A program made the position numbers and the translations under genes. Shown one piece after another: positions 27,470 through 41,974 of a stretch of DNA of 64,000 nucleotides. The notes beneath the pieces were generated by a model that did not search any database, was not told where the DNA came from, and saw nothing but the letters and a program-made list of their open reading frames with translations. Origin of the DNA: the human T2T-CHM13v2.0 reference genome, Homo sapiens; NCBI RefSeq assembly GCF_009914755.1, contig NC_060939.1; one strand, given 5' to 3'. How positions within the stretch are numbered: position 1 is the first letter of the stretch; every line of letters begins with the position of its first letter.

Positions 27470-30400
27470 TGATTGTGCATTCAACTCACAGAGTTAAACC
27501 TATCTTATGATTGACCAGTTTTGGAACACTCTTTTCATAGGATCTGCAAGTGGATATTTGGCGTGCTTTGAGGCCTATCGTGGAAAAGCAAATAACTTCA
27601 GATAAAAACTATACAGAAGCATTCTGAGAAACTTCTTTGTGATGTGTGCATTGATCTCACAGAGTTGAAAGTGTATTTTGATTGAGCAGTTTTGAAACAC
27701 TCTTTTTGTAGAATCTGCAAGTGGATAATTGGGGAGATTTGAGGTATATTGTGGAAAAGCAAGTATCTTCATATAAAAACTATACAGAAGCTTTCTGAGA
27801 AACATCTTTGTGAGGTTTGCATTCAACTCACAGAGCTGGAACTATCTTTTGAGTGACCAGTTTTGAATCTCTCTTTTTGTACAATCTGCAAGTGGATATT
27901 TGGAGCGTTTTGAGGCCTACATTTGAAAATCAAATATCTTCCCTTAAAAGCTACACAGAAACATTCTCAGAAATTGTTTGCCATGTGTGCTTTCAAATTA
28001 CCAAGTTGAACCTACCTTGTGATTGAGCAGTTTTGAATCTCTCTTTTTGTGGAATCTGCAAGTGGATATTTTTAGCCATTTGCGGACTGTGGTGGAAAAG
28101 GAATTATCTTCAAATCCATTCTACACAGAAGCATTCAGACAAACTTTTTGTGATGAGTGCATTGGTCACACAGAATTGAACCTCTCCTTTGATTGAGCAA
28201 TTCTGAAACACTCTTTCAGAGGGTCTGCAAGTGGATATTTTAGAGCTTTGGGACAATTGTGGAAAAGTAAATATCTTCACATAGAAACTACACGGAAGCA
28301 TTCTGAGAAACTTCTTTGGAGGTGTGCATTCAACTCACAGAGTTGAACCTATCTTTTCATTGAGCAGTTTTGAATCTCTCTTTTTGTAGACTCTGCTTGC
28401 AGATATTTGGAGAGCTTTGAGGCCTATTGTGGAAAAGGAATCATCTTCACATAAAAACACACAGAAGCACTCTGAGAAACTTCTTTGTGAAGTGTGCATT
28501 CAACTCACAGAGTTGAACCTATCTTTTGATTGAGAAGCTTTGAATCTCTCTTTTTGTAGAAGCTGCATGTGGATATTTGGAGACGTTTGTGGCCTATGGT
28601 AGAAAAGGCAATATCTTCAAATAAAAACTAGACAGAAGCATTTTGAGAAATTTCTCTGTGCTGTGTGCATTCATATCACATGGTTGAAACTACCTTTTGG
28701 TTGAGCAGTTTTGAATCTCTCTTTTTGTAACATCTGCAATGGATATTTGGAGCCCTTTGTGGTCTGTGGTGGAAAAGGAACTATCCTCAAATAAAAACTA
28801 CACAGAAGTATTCCGAGAAACTTCCTTGTGATGTGTGCATTCATCTCACAGGGTTGAACCTTTGGTTTGATTGAGCAGTTTTGAGACAATCTTTCCATAG
28901 AATCTGGAAGTGAATATTTGGAGAACCTTGAGATCTATTTTGGAGAAGGAGATATCTTTATATGAAAACTGCACAGAAGCATTCTGAGAAACATCTTTGT
29001 GAGGTGTGCAATGAAGTCACAGAGTTGAAACTATGTTTTGATTCAGCAGTTTTGAGTCTCTCTTTTTGCAGAATCTGCGAGTGGATATCTGGAGAACTTG
29101 GAGGCCTATTTGGAAAAGGAAATATCTTCACATATAAACTATGCAGAAGCATTTTGAGATTCTTCTTTGTGAGGTGTGCATTCAACTCACAGAGTTGAAC
29201 TTATCTTTTCCTTGAGCACTTTCATATCTCATTTTCTGTAGAATCTGCAAGTGGATATTTGGAGCTCTTTGCACCCTGTGGTGGAAAGGGAACTATCTTC
29301 ATATAAAAACTACAAAGAAGCATTCAGAGAAACTTCTTGTGATGAAGGCATTCCTCACACAGAGCTGAACCTTTCTTTTTATTGAGCAGTATTGAAACGC
29401 TCTTTTTGCAGAATCACCAAGTGGATATTTGGAGAGCTTTGGGGCCTGTTTTGGAAAATGAAATATCTTCAAAGTAAAACTACACAGAACCATTCTGAGA
29501 AACTTCTTTATGATGTGTGCATTCAACTCTCAGAGTTGAACCTACCTTATGATTGAGCAATTTGGAAACACTCTCTTTGTAGAGCCTGCAAGTGGATATT
29601 TAGAACGATTTGAGGCCTATTGTGGAAAAGCAAATATCTTCACATAAAAACTACACAGAAGCATTCTGAGAAACTTCTTTGGCATGTGTGCATTCAACTA
29701 ACAGTGTTGAACGTATCTTTTGATTGAGCAGCTTAGAATCTCTCTTTTTGTAGAAAATGCAAGTAGATATTTGGAGCCCCATTTTGCCCTATGGTAGAAA
29801 ACAAAACATCTTCACATAAAATCTACACAGAAGCATTCTGAGAAACTTCTTTGTGATGTTTGCATTGAACTCCCAGAGTCGAACCTATCTTTTGATAGAG
29901 CACTTTTGTATCTCTCTTTTTGCGGAATCTGCAAGTGGATATTTGGAAAGCTTGAGGCCTATTGTGAAAAAGGAAATATCTTCACATAAAAACTACAGAG
30001 AAGCATTCTGAGAAACTTCTTTGTGAGGCATGGATTCAACCCACAGAGTTGGACTTATCATTGAGCAGTTTTGAATCTCTCTTTTTGTCGAATCTGCAAG
30101 TGGATATTTGGAGCCCTTTGCAACCTAGGGTGGAAAAGGAAATACCTTCAAATAAAAACTATATAGAAGCATTCCGTAAAACTTCTTTGTGATGTGTGCA
30201 TTCGTCTCACAGAGTTGAACCTATCTAATGATTGAGCGGTTTTGAAACACTCATTTTGTAGAACCTGCAAGTGGATATTGGGAGTACTTTGTGGCCTTCT
30301 TTGGAAAAGGGAATATCTTCACATAAAAACTACAAAGAAGCATTCTGAGAAACTTCTTTGTGATGTGTGCATTCATCTCACAGTGTTGGACGTTTCTTTT

Positions 30401-31791
30401 GATAGGGCAGTTTTGAAACACTCTTTTTCTAGAATCTGCAAGTGGATATTTGGAGCGCTTTGAGGCCTAATGTGGAAAATCAAATATCTTCACATAAAAA
30501 CTACACAGAGGCATTCTGAGAAACTTCTTTTTTGTGTGTGCATTCAACTCACATAGTTGAAGTAATCTTTGGATTTAGCTGTTTTGAATCTCCTTTTTGC
30601 AGAATCTGCAAGTTGATACTTGGAGCCCTGTTTCACCCTATAGTGGAAAAGCAAATATCTTCACATAAACAAACCCTACAGAGAAGCATTCAGAGAAAGT
30701 CCTTTGTGATGTGTGCATTGAACATGCAGAGTTGACACTATCTTTTGATTGTACAGTTTTGAATACGTCTTTTTGTAGAATCTGCAAGTGGAAGTTTGGA
30801 GCTGTTTGCACCCTGTGGTGTAAAAGGAAATATCTTCATATAAAAGCTACACAGAAGCATTCAGAAAGACTTCTTTGTGATGAATGCGTTCCTCACACAG
30901 AGTTGAATCTTCCTTTTTATTGAGTAGTATTGAAACCCTCTTTTTGCAGAATAACCAGGTGGATATTTGGAGAGCTTTGAGGCCTGTTTTGGAAAAGCAA
31001 ATATCTTCAAATTAAAACCACACAGAAGCATTCTGAGAAGCTTCTTTGTGATGTGTGCATTCAACTCTCAGAGTTCAACGTGTCTTATGATGGAGCAGTT
31101 TGGAAACACTCTTTTTTGTAGAAACTGCAAGTGGATATGTAGAGCGATTTGAGGCCTACTGTGGAAAAGCAAATATCTTCACATAACAACTACACAGAAG
31201 CACTCCTAGAAACTTCTTTGTGATGTGTGAATTCAACTCACAGAGCTGAACCTATCTTTTGATGGAGTAGCTTAGAATCTCTCTTTTTTTAGAATCTGCA
31301 CGTGGATATTTGGAGCGCTTTGAGACCTAAAGTGGAAAAGCAAATATCTTCACATAAAATCTACATAGAGGCACTCTAAGAAACTTCTTTTTGATGTGTG
31401 CATTCACCTCACAGAGCAGAACCGATCCTTCGAGTGACCAGTTTTGAATCTCTCTTTTTATACAATCTGCAAGTGGATATTTGGAGCCCTTTGCGGCCTA
31501 TGGTGGAAAAGGAAATATCTTCAAATAAAAACTACACAGAAGCATTCTGAGTCCCTATTTTGGAAAAGAAAATATCTTCACTTAAACAACTACGCAGAAA
31601 TACTGTGAGAAACTTCTTTGTTATGTGAGCATTCAACTCACAGAGTTGAACCTATCTTTTGATTGAGCAGTTTTGAATCTCTCATTTTGCAGAATCTGCA
31701 AGGGGATATTTGGAGCCCTTTGCGGCCTATGGTGGAAAAGGAAATACCTTCAAATGAAAAGCACACAGAGGCATTCTGAGAAACTTCCTCG
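27470..31791 (+). repeat. HOR copy 7, canonical 4,322 bp
   Basis: Marker spacing 27575 to 31897 is 4,322. Confidence 0.96.
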
Positions 31792-34700
31792 TGATTGTGC
31801 ATTCAACTCACAGAGTTAAACCTATCTTATGATTGACCAGTTTTGGAACACTCTTTTCATAGGATCTGCAAGTGGATATTTGGCGTGCTTTGAGGCCTAT
31901 CGTGGAAAAGCAAATAACTTCAGATAAAAACTATACAGAAGCATTCTGAGAAACTTCTTTGTGATGTGTGCATTGATCTCACAGAGTTGAAAGTGTATTT
32001 TGATTGAGCAGTTTTGAAACACTCTTTTTGTAGAATCTGCAAGTGGATAATTGGGGAGATTTGAGGTATATTGTGGAAAAGCAAGTATCTTCATATAAAA
32101 ACTATACAGAAGCTTTCTGAGAAACATCTTTGTGAGGTTTGCATTCAACTCACAGAGCTGGAACTATCTTTTGAGTGACCAGTTTTGAATCTCTCTTTTT
32201 GTACAATCTGCAAGTGGATATTTGGAGCGTTTTGAGGCCTACATTTGAAAATCAAATATCTTCCCTTAAAAGCTACACAGAAACATTCTCAGAAATTGTT
32301 TGTCATGTGTGCTTTCAAATTACCAAGTTGAACCTACCTTGTGATTGAGCAGTTTTGAATCTCTCTTTTTGTGGAATCTGCAAGTGGATATTTTTAGCCA
32401 TTTGCGGACTGTGGTGGAAAAGGAATTATCTTCAAATCCATTCTACACAGAAGCATTCAGACAAACTTTTTGTGATGAGTGCATTGGTCACACAGAATTG
32501 AACCTCTCCTTTGATTGAGCAATTCTGAAACACTCTTTCAGAGGGTCTGCAAGTGGATATTTTAGAGCTTTGGGACAATTGTGGAAAAGTAAATATCTTC
32601 ACATAGAAACTACACGGAAGCATTCTGAGAAACTTCTTTGGAGGTGTGCATTCAACTCACAGAGTTGAACCTATCTTTTCATTGAGCAGTTTTGAATCTC
32701 TCTTTTTGTAGACTCTGCTTGCAGATATTTGGAGAGCTTTGAGGCCTATTGTGGAAAAGGAATCATCTTCACATAAAAACACACAGAAGCACTCTGAGAA
32801 ACTTCTTTGTGAAGTGTGCATTCAACTCACAGAGTTGAACCTATCTTTTGATTGAGAAGCTTTGAATCTCTCTTTTTGTAGAAGCTGCATGTGGATATTT
32901 GGAGACGTTTGTGGCCTATGGTAGAAAAGACAATATCTTCAAATAAAAACTAGACAGAAGCATTTTGAGAAATTTCTCTGTGCTGTGTGCATTCATATCA
33001 CATGGTTGAAACTACCTTTTGGTTGAGCAGTTTTGAATCTCTCTTTTTGTAACATCTGCAATGGATATTTGGAGCCCTTTGTGGTCTGTGGTGGAAAAGG
33101 AACTATCCTCAAATAAAAACTACACAGAAGTATTCCGAGAAACTTCCTTGTGATGTGTGCATTCATCTCACAGGGTTGAACCTTTGGTTTGATTGAGCAG
33201 TTTTGAGACAATCTTTCCATAGAATCTGGAAGTGAATATTTGGAGAACCTTGAGATCTATTTTGGAGAAGGAGATATCTTTATATGAAAACTGCACAGAA
33301 GCATTCTGAGAAACATCTTTGTGAGGTGTGCAATGAAGTCACAGAGTTGAAACTATGTTTTGATTCAGCAGTTTTGAGTCTCTCTTTTTGCAGAATCTGC
33401 GAGTGGATATCTGGAGAACTTGGAGGCCTATTTGGAAAAGGAAATATCTTCACATATAAACTATGCAGAAGCATTTTGAGATTCTTCTTTGTGAGGTGTG
33501 CATTCAACTCACAGAGTTGAACTTATCTTTTCCTTGAGCACTTTCATATCTCATTTTCTGTAGAATCTGCAAGTGGATATTTGGAGCTCTTTGCACCCTG
33601 TGGTGGAAAGGGAACTATCTTCATATAAAAACTACAAAGAAGCATTCAGAGAAACTTCTTGTGATGAAGGCATTCCTCACACAGAGCTGAACCTTTCTTT
33701 TTATTGAGCAGTATTGAAACGCTCTTTTTGCAGAATCACCAAGTGGATATTTGGAGAGCTTTGGGGCCTGTTTTGGAAAATGAAATATCTTCAAAGTAAA
33801 ACTACACAGAACCATTCTGAGAAACTTCTTTATGATGTGTGCATTCAACTCTCAGAGTTGAACCTACCTTATGATTGAGCAATTTGGAAACACTCTCTTT
33901 GTAGAGCCTGCAAGTGGATATTTAGAACGATTTGAGGCCTATTGTGGAAAAGCAAATATCTTCACATAAAAACTACACAGAAGCATTCTGAGAAACTTCT
34001 TTGGCATGTGTGCATTCAACTAACAGTGTTGATCGTATCTTTTGATTGAGCAGCTTAGAATCTCTCTTTTTGTAGAAAATGCAAGTAGATATTTGGAGCC
34101 CCATTTTGCCCTATGGTAGAAAACAAAACATCTTCACATAAAATCTACACAGAAGCATTCTGAGAAACTTCTTTGTGATGTTTGCATTGAACTCCCAGAG
34201 TCGAACCTATCTTTTGATAGAGCACTTTTGTATCTCTCTTTTTGCGGAATCTGCAAGTGGATATTTGGAAAGCTTGAGGCCTATTGTGAAAAAGGAAATA
34301 TCTTCACATAAAAACTACAGAGAAGCATTCTGAGAAACTTCTTTGTGAGGCATGGATTCAACCCACAGAGTTGGACTTATCATTGAGCAGTTTTGAATCT
34401 CTCTTTTTGTCGAATCTGCAAGTGGATATTTGGAGCCCTTTGCAACCTAGGGTGGAAAAGGAAATACCTTCAAATAAAAACTATATAGAAGCATTCCGTA
34501 AAACTTCTTTGTGATGTGTGCATTCGTCTCACAGAGTTGAACCTATCTAATGATTGAGCGGTTTTGAAACACTCATTTTGTAGAACCTGCAAGTGGATAT
34601 TGGGAGTACTTTGTGGCCTTCTTTGGAAAAGGGAATATCTTCACATAAAAACTACAAAGAAGCATTCTGAGAAACTTCTTTGTGATGTGTGCATTCATCT

Positions 34701-37652
34701 CACAGTGTTGGACGTTTCTTTTGATAGGGCAGTTTCGAAAGAGTCTTCTTGTAGAGTCTGCAAGTGGATATTTGGAGCGCTTTGAGGCCTAATGTGGAAA
34801 ATCAAATATCTTCACATAAAAACTACACAGAGGCATTCTGAGAAACTTCTTTTTTGTGTGTGCATTCAACTCACATAGTTGAAGTAATCTTTGGATTTAG
34901 CTGTTTTGAATCTCCTTTTTGCAGAATCTGCAAGTTGATACTTGGAGCCCTGTTTCACCCTATAGTGGAAAAGCAAATATCTTCACATAAACAAACCCTA
35001 CAGAGAAGCATTCAGAGAAAGTCCTTTGTGATGTGTGCATTGAACATGCAGAGTTGACACTATCTTTTGATTGTACAGTTTTGAATACGTCTTTTTGTAG
35101 AATCTGCAAGTGGAAGTTTGGAGCTGTTTGCACCCTGTGGTGTAAAAGGAAATATCTTCATATAAAAGCTACACAGAAGCATTCAGAAAGACTTCTTTGT
35201 GATGAATGCGTTCCTCACACAGAGTTGAATCTTCCTTTTTATTGAGTAGTATTGAAACCCTCTTTTTGCAGAATAACCAGGTGGATATTTGGAGAGCTTT
35301 GAGGCCTGTTTTGGAAAAGGAAATATCTTCAAATTAAAACCACACAGAAGCATTCTGAGAAGCTTCTTTGTGATGTGTGCATTCAACTCTCAGAGTTCAA
35401 CGTGTCTTATGATGGAGCACTTTGGAAACACTCTTTTTTGTAGAAACTGCAAGTGGATATGTAGAGCGATTTGAGGCCTACTGTGGAAAAGCAAATATCT
35501 TCACATAAAAACTACACAGAAGCATTCTGAGAAACTTCTTTGGCATGTGTGCATTCAACTAACAGTGTTGAACGTATCTTTTGATTGAGCAGCTTAGAAT
35601 CTCTCTTTTTGTAGAAAATGCAAGTAGATATTTGGAGCCCCATTTTGCCCTATGGTAGAAAACAAAACATTTTCACATAAAATCTACACAGAAGCATTCT
35701 GAGAAACTTCTTTGTGATGTTTGCATTGAACTCCCAGAGTCGAACCTATCTTTTGATAGAGCACTTTTGTATCTCTCTTTTTGCGGAATCTGCAAGTGGA
35801 TATTTGGAAAGCTTGAGGCCTATTGTGAAAAAGGAAATATCTTCACATAAAAACTACAGAGAAGCATTCTGAGAAACTTCTTTGTGAGGCATGGATTCAA
35901 CCCACAGAGTTGGACTTATCATTGAGCAGTTTTGAATCTCTCTTTTTGTCGAATCTGCAAGTGGATATTTGGAGCCCTTTGCAACCTAGGGTGGAAAAGG
36001 AAATACCTTCAAATAAAAACTATATAGAAGCATTCCGTAAAACTTCTTTGTGATGTGTGCATTCGTCTCACAGAGTTGAACCTATCTAATGATTGAGCGG
36101 TTTTGAAACACTCATTTTGTAGAACCTGCAAGTGGATATTGGGAGTACTTTGTGGCCTTCTTTGGAAAAGGGAATATCTTCACATAAAAACTACAAAGAA
36201 GCATTCTGAGAAACTTCTTTGTGATGTGTGCATTCATCTCACAGTGTTGGACGTTTCTTTTGATAGGGCAGTTTTGAAACACTCTTTTTCTAGAATCTGC
36301 AAGTGGATATTTGGAGCGCTTTGAGGCCTAATGTGGAAAATCAAATATCTTCACATAAAAACTACACAGAGGCATTCTGAGAAACTTCTTTTTTGTGTGT
36401 GCATTCAACTCACATAGTTGAAGTAATCTTTGGATTTAGCTGTTTTGAATCTCCTTTTTGCAGAATCTGCAAGTTGATACTTGGAGCCCTGTTTCACCCT
36501 ATAGTGGAAAAGCAAATATCTTCACATAAACAAACCCTACAGAGAAGCATTCAGAGAAAGTCCTTTGTGATGTGTGCATTGAACATGCAGAGTTGACACT
36601 ATCTTTTGATTGTACAGTTTTGAATACGTCTTTTTGTAGAATCTGCAAGTGGAAGTTTGGAGCTGTTTGCACCCTGTGGTGTAAAAGGAAATATCTTCAT
36701 ATAAAAGCTACACAGAAGCATTCAGAAAGACTTCTTTGTGATGAATGCGTTCCTCACACAGAGTTGAATCTTCCTTTTTATTGAGTAGTATTGAAACCCT
36801 CTTTTTGCAGAATAACCAGGTGGATATTTGGAGAGCTTTGAGGCCTGTTTTGGAAAAGCAAATATCTTCAAATTAAAACCACACAGAAGCATTCTGAGAA
36901 GCTTCTTTGTGATGTGTGCATTCAACTCTCAGAGTTCAACGTGTCTTATGATGGAGCAGTTTGGAAACACTCTTTTTTGTAGAAACTGCAAGTGGATATG
37001 TAGAGCGATTTGAGGCCTACTGTGGAAAAGCAAATATCTTCACATAACAACTACACAGAAGCACTCCTAGAAACTTCTTTGTGATGTGTGAATTCAACTC
37101 ACAGAGCTGAACCTATCTTTTGATGGAGTAGCTTAGAATCTCTCTTTTTTTAGAATCTGCACGTGGATATTTGGAGCGCTTTGAGACCTAAAGTGGAAAA
37201 GCAAATATCTTCACATAAAATCTACATAGAGGCACTCTAAGAAACTTCTTTTTGATGTGTGCATTCACCTCACAGAGCTGAACCGATCCTTCGAGTGACC
37301 AGTTTTGAATCTCTCTTTTTATACAATCTGCAAGTGGATATTTGGAGCCCTTTGCGGCCTATGGTGGAAAAGGAAATATCTTCAAATAAAAACTACACAG
37401 AAGCATTCTGAGTCCCTATTTTGGAAAAGAAAATATCTTCACTTAAACAACTACGCAGAAATACTGTGAGAAACTTCTTTGTTATGTGAGCATTCAACTC
37501 ACAGAGTTGAACCTATCTTTTGATTGAGCAGTTTTGAATCTCTCATTTTGCAGAATCTGCAAGGGGATATTTGGAGCCCTTTGCGGCCTATGGTGGAAAA
37601 GGAAATACCTTCAAATGAAAAGCACACAGAGGCATTCTGAGAAACTTCCTCG
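31792..37652 (+). repeat. HOR copy 8, long structural variant (5,861 bp) with the 9-monomer duplication (~33970-35508 and ~35509-37047)
   Basis: Marker spacing 31897 to 37758 is 5,861. The duplicated pseudo-ORF is at 34564 and 36103. The junction matches copy 6. Confidence 0.96.
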
Positions 37653-40600
37653 TGATTGTGCATTCAACTCACAGAGTTAAACCTATCTTATGATTGACCA
37701 GTTTTGGAACACTCTTTTCATAGGATCTGCAAGTGGATATTTGGCGTGCTTTGAGGCCTATCGTGGAAAAGCAAATAACTTCAGATAAAAACTATACAGA
37801 AGCATTCTGAGAAACTTCTTTGTGATGTGTGCATTGATCTCACAGAGTTGAAAGTGTATTTTGATTGAGCAGTTTTGAAACACTCTTTTTGTAGAATCTG
37901 CAAGTGGATAATTGGGGAGATTTGAGGTATATTGTGGAAAAGCAAGTATCTTCATATAAAAACTATACAGAAGCTTTCTGAGAAACATCTTTGTGAGGTT
38001 TGCATTCAACTCACAGAGCTGGAACTATCTTTTGAGTGACCAGTTTTGAATCTCTCTTTTTGTACAATCTGCAAGTGGATATTTGGAGCGTTTTGAGGCC
38101 TACATTTGAAAATCAAATATCTTCCCTTAAAAGCTACACAGAAACATTCTCAGAAATTGTTTGTCATGTGTGCTTTCAAATTACCAAGTTGAACCTACCT
38201 TGTGATTGAGCAGTTTTGAATCTCTCTTTTTGTGGAATCTGCAAGTGGATATTTTTAGCCATTTGCGGACTGTGGTGGAAAAGGAATTATCTTCAAATCC
38301 ATTCTACACAGAAGCATTCAGACAAACTTTTTGTGATGAGTGCATTGGTCACACAGAATTGAACCTCTCCTTTGATTGAGCAATTCTGAAACACTCTTTC
38401 AGAGGGTCTGCAAGTGGATATTTTAGAGCTTTGGGACAATTGTGGAAAAGTAAATATCTTCACATAGAAACTACACGGAAGCATTCTGAGAAACTTCTTT
38501 GGAGGTGTGCATTCAACTCACAGAGTTGAACCTATCTTTTCATTGAGCAGTTTTGAATCTCTCTTTTTGTAGACTCTGCTTGCAGATATTTGGAGAGCTT
38601 TGAGGCCTATTGTGGAAAAGGAATCATCTTCACATAAAAACACACAGAAGCACTCTGAGAAACTTCTTTGTGAAGTGTGCATTCAACTCACAGAGTTGAA
38701 CCTATCTTTTGATTGAGAAGCTTTGAATCTCTCTTTTTGTAGAAGCTGCATGTGGATATTTGGAGACGTTTGTGGCCTATGGTAGAAAAGGCAATATCTT
38801 CAAATAAAAACTAGACAGAAGCATTTTGAGAAATTTCTCTGTGCTGTGTGCATTCATATCACATGGTTGAAACTACCTTTTGGTTGAGCAGTTTTGAATC
38901 TCTCTTTTTGTAACATCTGCAATGGATATTTGGAGCCCTTTGTGGTCTGTGGTGGAAAAGGAACTATCCTCAAATAAAAACTACACAGAAGTATTCCGAG
39001 AAACTTCCTTGTGATGTGTGCATTCATCTCACAGGGTTGAACCTTTGGTTTGATTGAGCAGTTTTGAGACAATCTTTCCATAGAATCTGGAAGTGAATAT
39101 TTGGAGAACCTTGAGATCTATTTTGGAGAAGGAGATATCTTTATATGAAAACTGCACAGAAGCATTCTGAGAAACATCTTTGTGAGGTGTGCAATGAAGT
39201 CACAGAGTTGAAACTATGTTTTGATTCAGCAGTTTTGAGTCTCTCTTTTTGCAGAATCTGCGAGTGGATATCTGGAGAACTTGGAGGCCTATTTGGAAAA
39301 GGAAATATCTTCACATATAAACTATGCAGAAGCATTTTGAGATTCTTCTTTGTGAGGTGTGCATTCAACTCACAGAGTTGAACTTATCTTTTCCTTGAGC
39401 ACTTTCATATCTCATTTTCTGTAGAATCTGCAAGTGGATATTTGGAGCTCTTTGCACCCTGTGGTGGAAAGGGAACTATCTTCATATAAAAACTACAAAG
39501 AAGCATTCAGAGAAACTTCTTGTGATGAAGGCATTCCTCACACAGAGCTGAACCTTTCTTTTTATTGAGCAGTATTGAAACGCTCTTTTTGCAGAATCAC
39601 CAAGTGGATATTTGGAGAGCTTTGGGGCCTGTTTTGGAAAATGAAATATCTTCAAAGTAAAACTACACAGAACCATTCTGAGAAACTTCTTTATGATGTG
39701 TGCATTCAACTCTCAGAGTTGAACCTACCTTATGATTGAGCAATTTGGAAACACTCTCTTTGTAGAGCCTGCAAGTGGATATTTAGAACGATTTGAGGCC
39801 TATTGTGGAAAAGCAAATATCTTCACATAAAAACTACACAGAAGCATTCTGAGAAACTTCTTTGGCATGTGTGCATTCAACTAACAGTGTTGAACGTATC
39901 TTTTGATTGAGCAGCTTAGAATCTCTCTTTTTGTAGAAAATGCAAGTAGATATTTGGAGCCCCATTTTGCCCTATGGTAGAAAACAAAACATCTTCACAT
40001 AAAATCTACACAGAAGCATTCTGAGAAACTTCTTTGTGATGTTTGCATTGAACTCCCAGAGTCGAACCTATCTTTTGATAGAGCACTTTTGTATCTCTCT
40101 TTTTGCGGAATCTGCAAGTGGATATTTGGAAAGCTTGAGGCCTATTGTGAAAAAGGAAATATCTTCACATAAAAACTACAGAGAAGCATTCTGAGAAACT
40201 TCTTTGTGAGGCATGGATTCAACCCACAGAGTTGGACTTATCATTGAGCAGTTTTGAATCTCTCTTTTTGTCGAATCTGCAAGTGGATATTTGGAGCCCT
40301 TTGCAACCTAGGGTGGAAAAGGAAATACCTTCAAATAAAAACTATATAGAAGCATTCCGTAAAACTTCTTTGTGATGTGTGCATTCGTCTCACAGAGTTG
40401 AACCTATCTAATGATTGAGCGGTTTTGAAACACTCATTTTGTAGAACCTGCAAGTGGATATTGGGAGTACTTTGTGGCCTTCTTTGGAAAAGGGAATATC
40501 TTCACATAAAAACTACAAAGAAGCATTCTGAGAAACTTCTTTGTGATGTGTGCATTCATCTCACAGTGTTGGACGTTTCTTTTGATAGGGCAGTTTTGAA

Positions 40601-41974
40601 ACACTCTTTTTCTAGAATCTGCAAGTGGATATTTGGAGCGCTTTGAGGCCTAATGTGGAAAATCAAATATCTTCACATAAAAACTACACAGAGGCATTCT
40701 GAGAAACTTCTTTTTTGTGTGTGCATTCAACTCACATAGTTGAAGTAATCTTTGGATTTAGCTGTTTTGAATCTCCTTTTTGCAGAATCTGCAAGTTGAT
40801 ACTTGGAGCCCTGTTTCACCCTATAGTGGAAAAGCAAATATCTTCACATAAACAAACCCTACAGAGAAGCATTCAGAGAAAGTCCTTTGTGATGTGTGCA
40901 TTGAACATGCAGAGTTGACACTATCTTTTGATTGTACAGTTTTGAATACGTCTTTTTGTAGAATCTGCAAGTGGAAGTTTGGAGCTGTTTGCACCCTGTG
41001 GTGTAAAAGGAAATATCTTCATATAAAAGCTACACAGAAGCATTCAGAAAGACTTCTTTGTGATGAATGCGTTCCTCACACAGAGTTGAATCTTCCTTTT
41101 TATTGAGTAGTATTGAAACCCTCTTTTTGCAGAATAACCAGGTGGATATTTGGAGAGCTTTGAGGCCTGTTTTGGAAAAGCAAATATCTTCAAATTAAAA
41201 CCACACAGAAGCATTCTGAGAAGCTTCTTTGTGATGTGTGCATTCAACTCTCAGAGTTCAACGTGTCTTATGATGGAGCAGTTTGGAAACACTCTTTTTT
41301 GTAGAAACTGCAAGTGGATATGTAGAGCGATTTGAGGCCTACTGTGGAAAAGCAAATATCTTCACATAACAACTACACAGAAGCACTCCTAGAAACTTCT
41401 TTGTGATGTGTGAATTCAACTCACAGAGCTGAACCTATCTTTTGATGGAGTAGCTTAGAATCTCTCTTTTTTTAGAATCTGCACGTGGATATTTGGAGCG
41501 CTTTGAGACCTAAAGTGGAAAAGCAAATATCTTCACATAAAATCTACATAGAGGCACTCTAAGAAACTTCTTTTTGATGTGTGCATTCACCTCACAGAGC
41601 AGAACCGATCCTTCGAGTGACCAGTTTTGAATCTCTCTTTTTATACAATCTGCAAGTGGATATTTGGAGCCCTTTGCGGCCTATGGTGGAAAAGGAAATA
41701 TCTTCAAATAAAAACTACACAGAAGCATTCTGAGTCCCTATTTTGGAAAAGAAAATATCTTCACTTAAACAACTACGCAGAAATACTGTGAGAAACTTCT
41801 TTGTTATGTGAGCATTCAACTCACAGAGTTGAACCTATCTTTTGATTGAGCAGTTTTGAATCTCTCATTTTGCAGAATCTGCAAGGGGATATTTGGAGCC
41901 CTTTGCGGCCTATGGTGGAAAAGGAAATACCTTCAAATGAAAAGCACACAGAGGCATTCTGAGAAACTTCCTCG
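37653..41974 (+). repeat. HOR copy 9, canonical 4,322 bp
   Basis: Marker spacing 37758 to 42080 is 4,322. Confidence 0.96.
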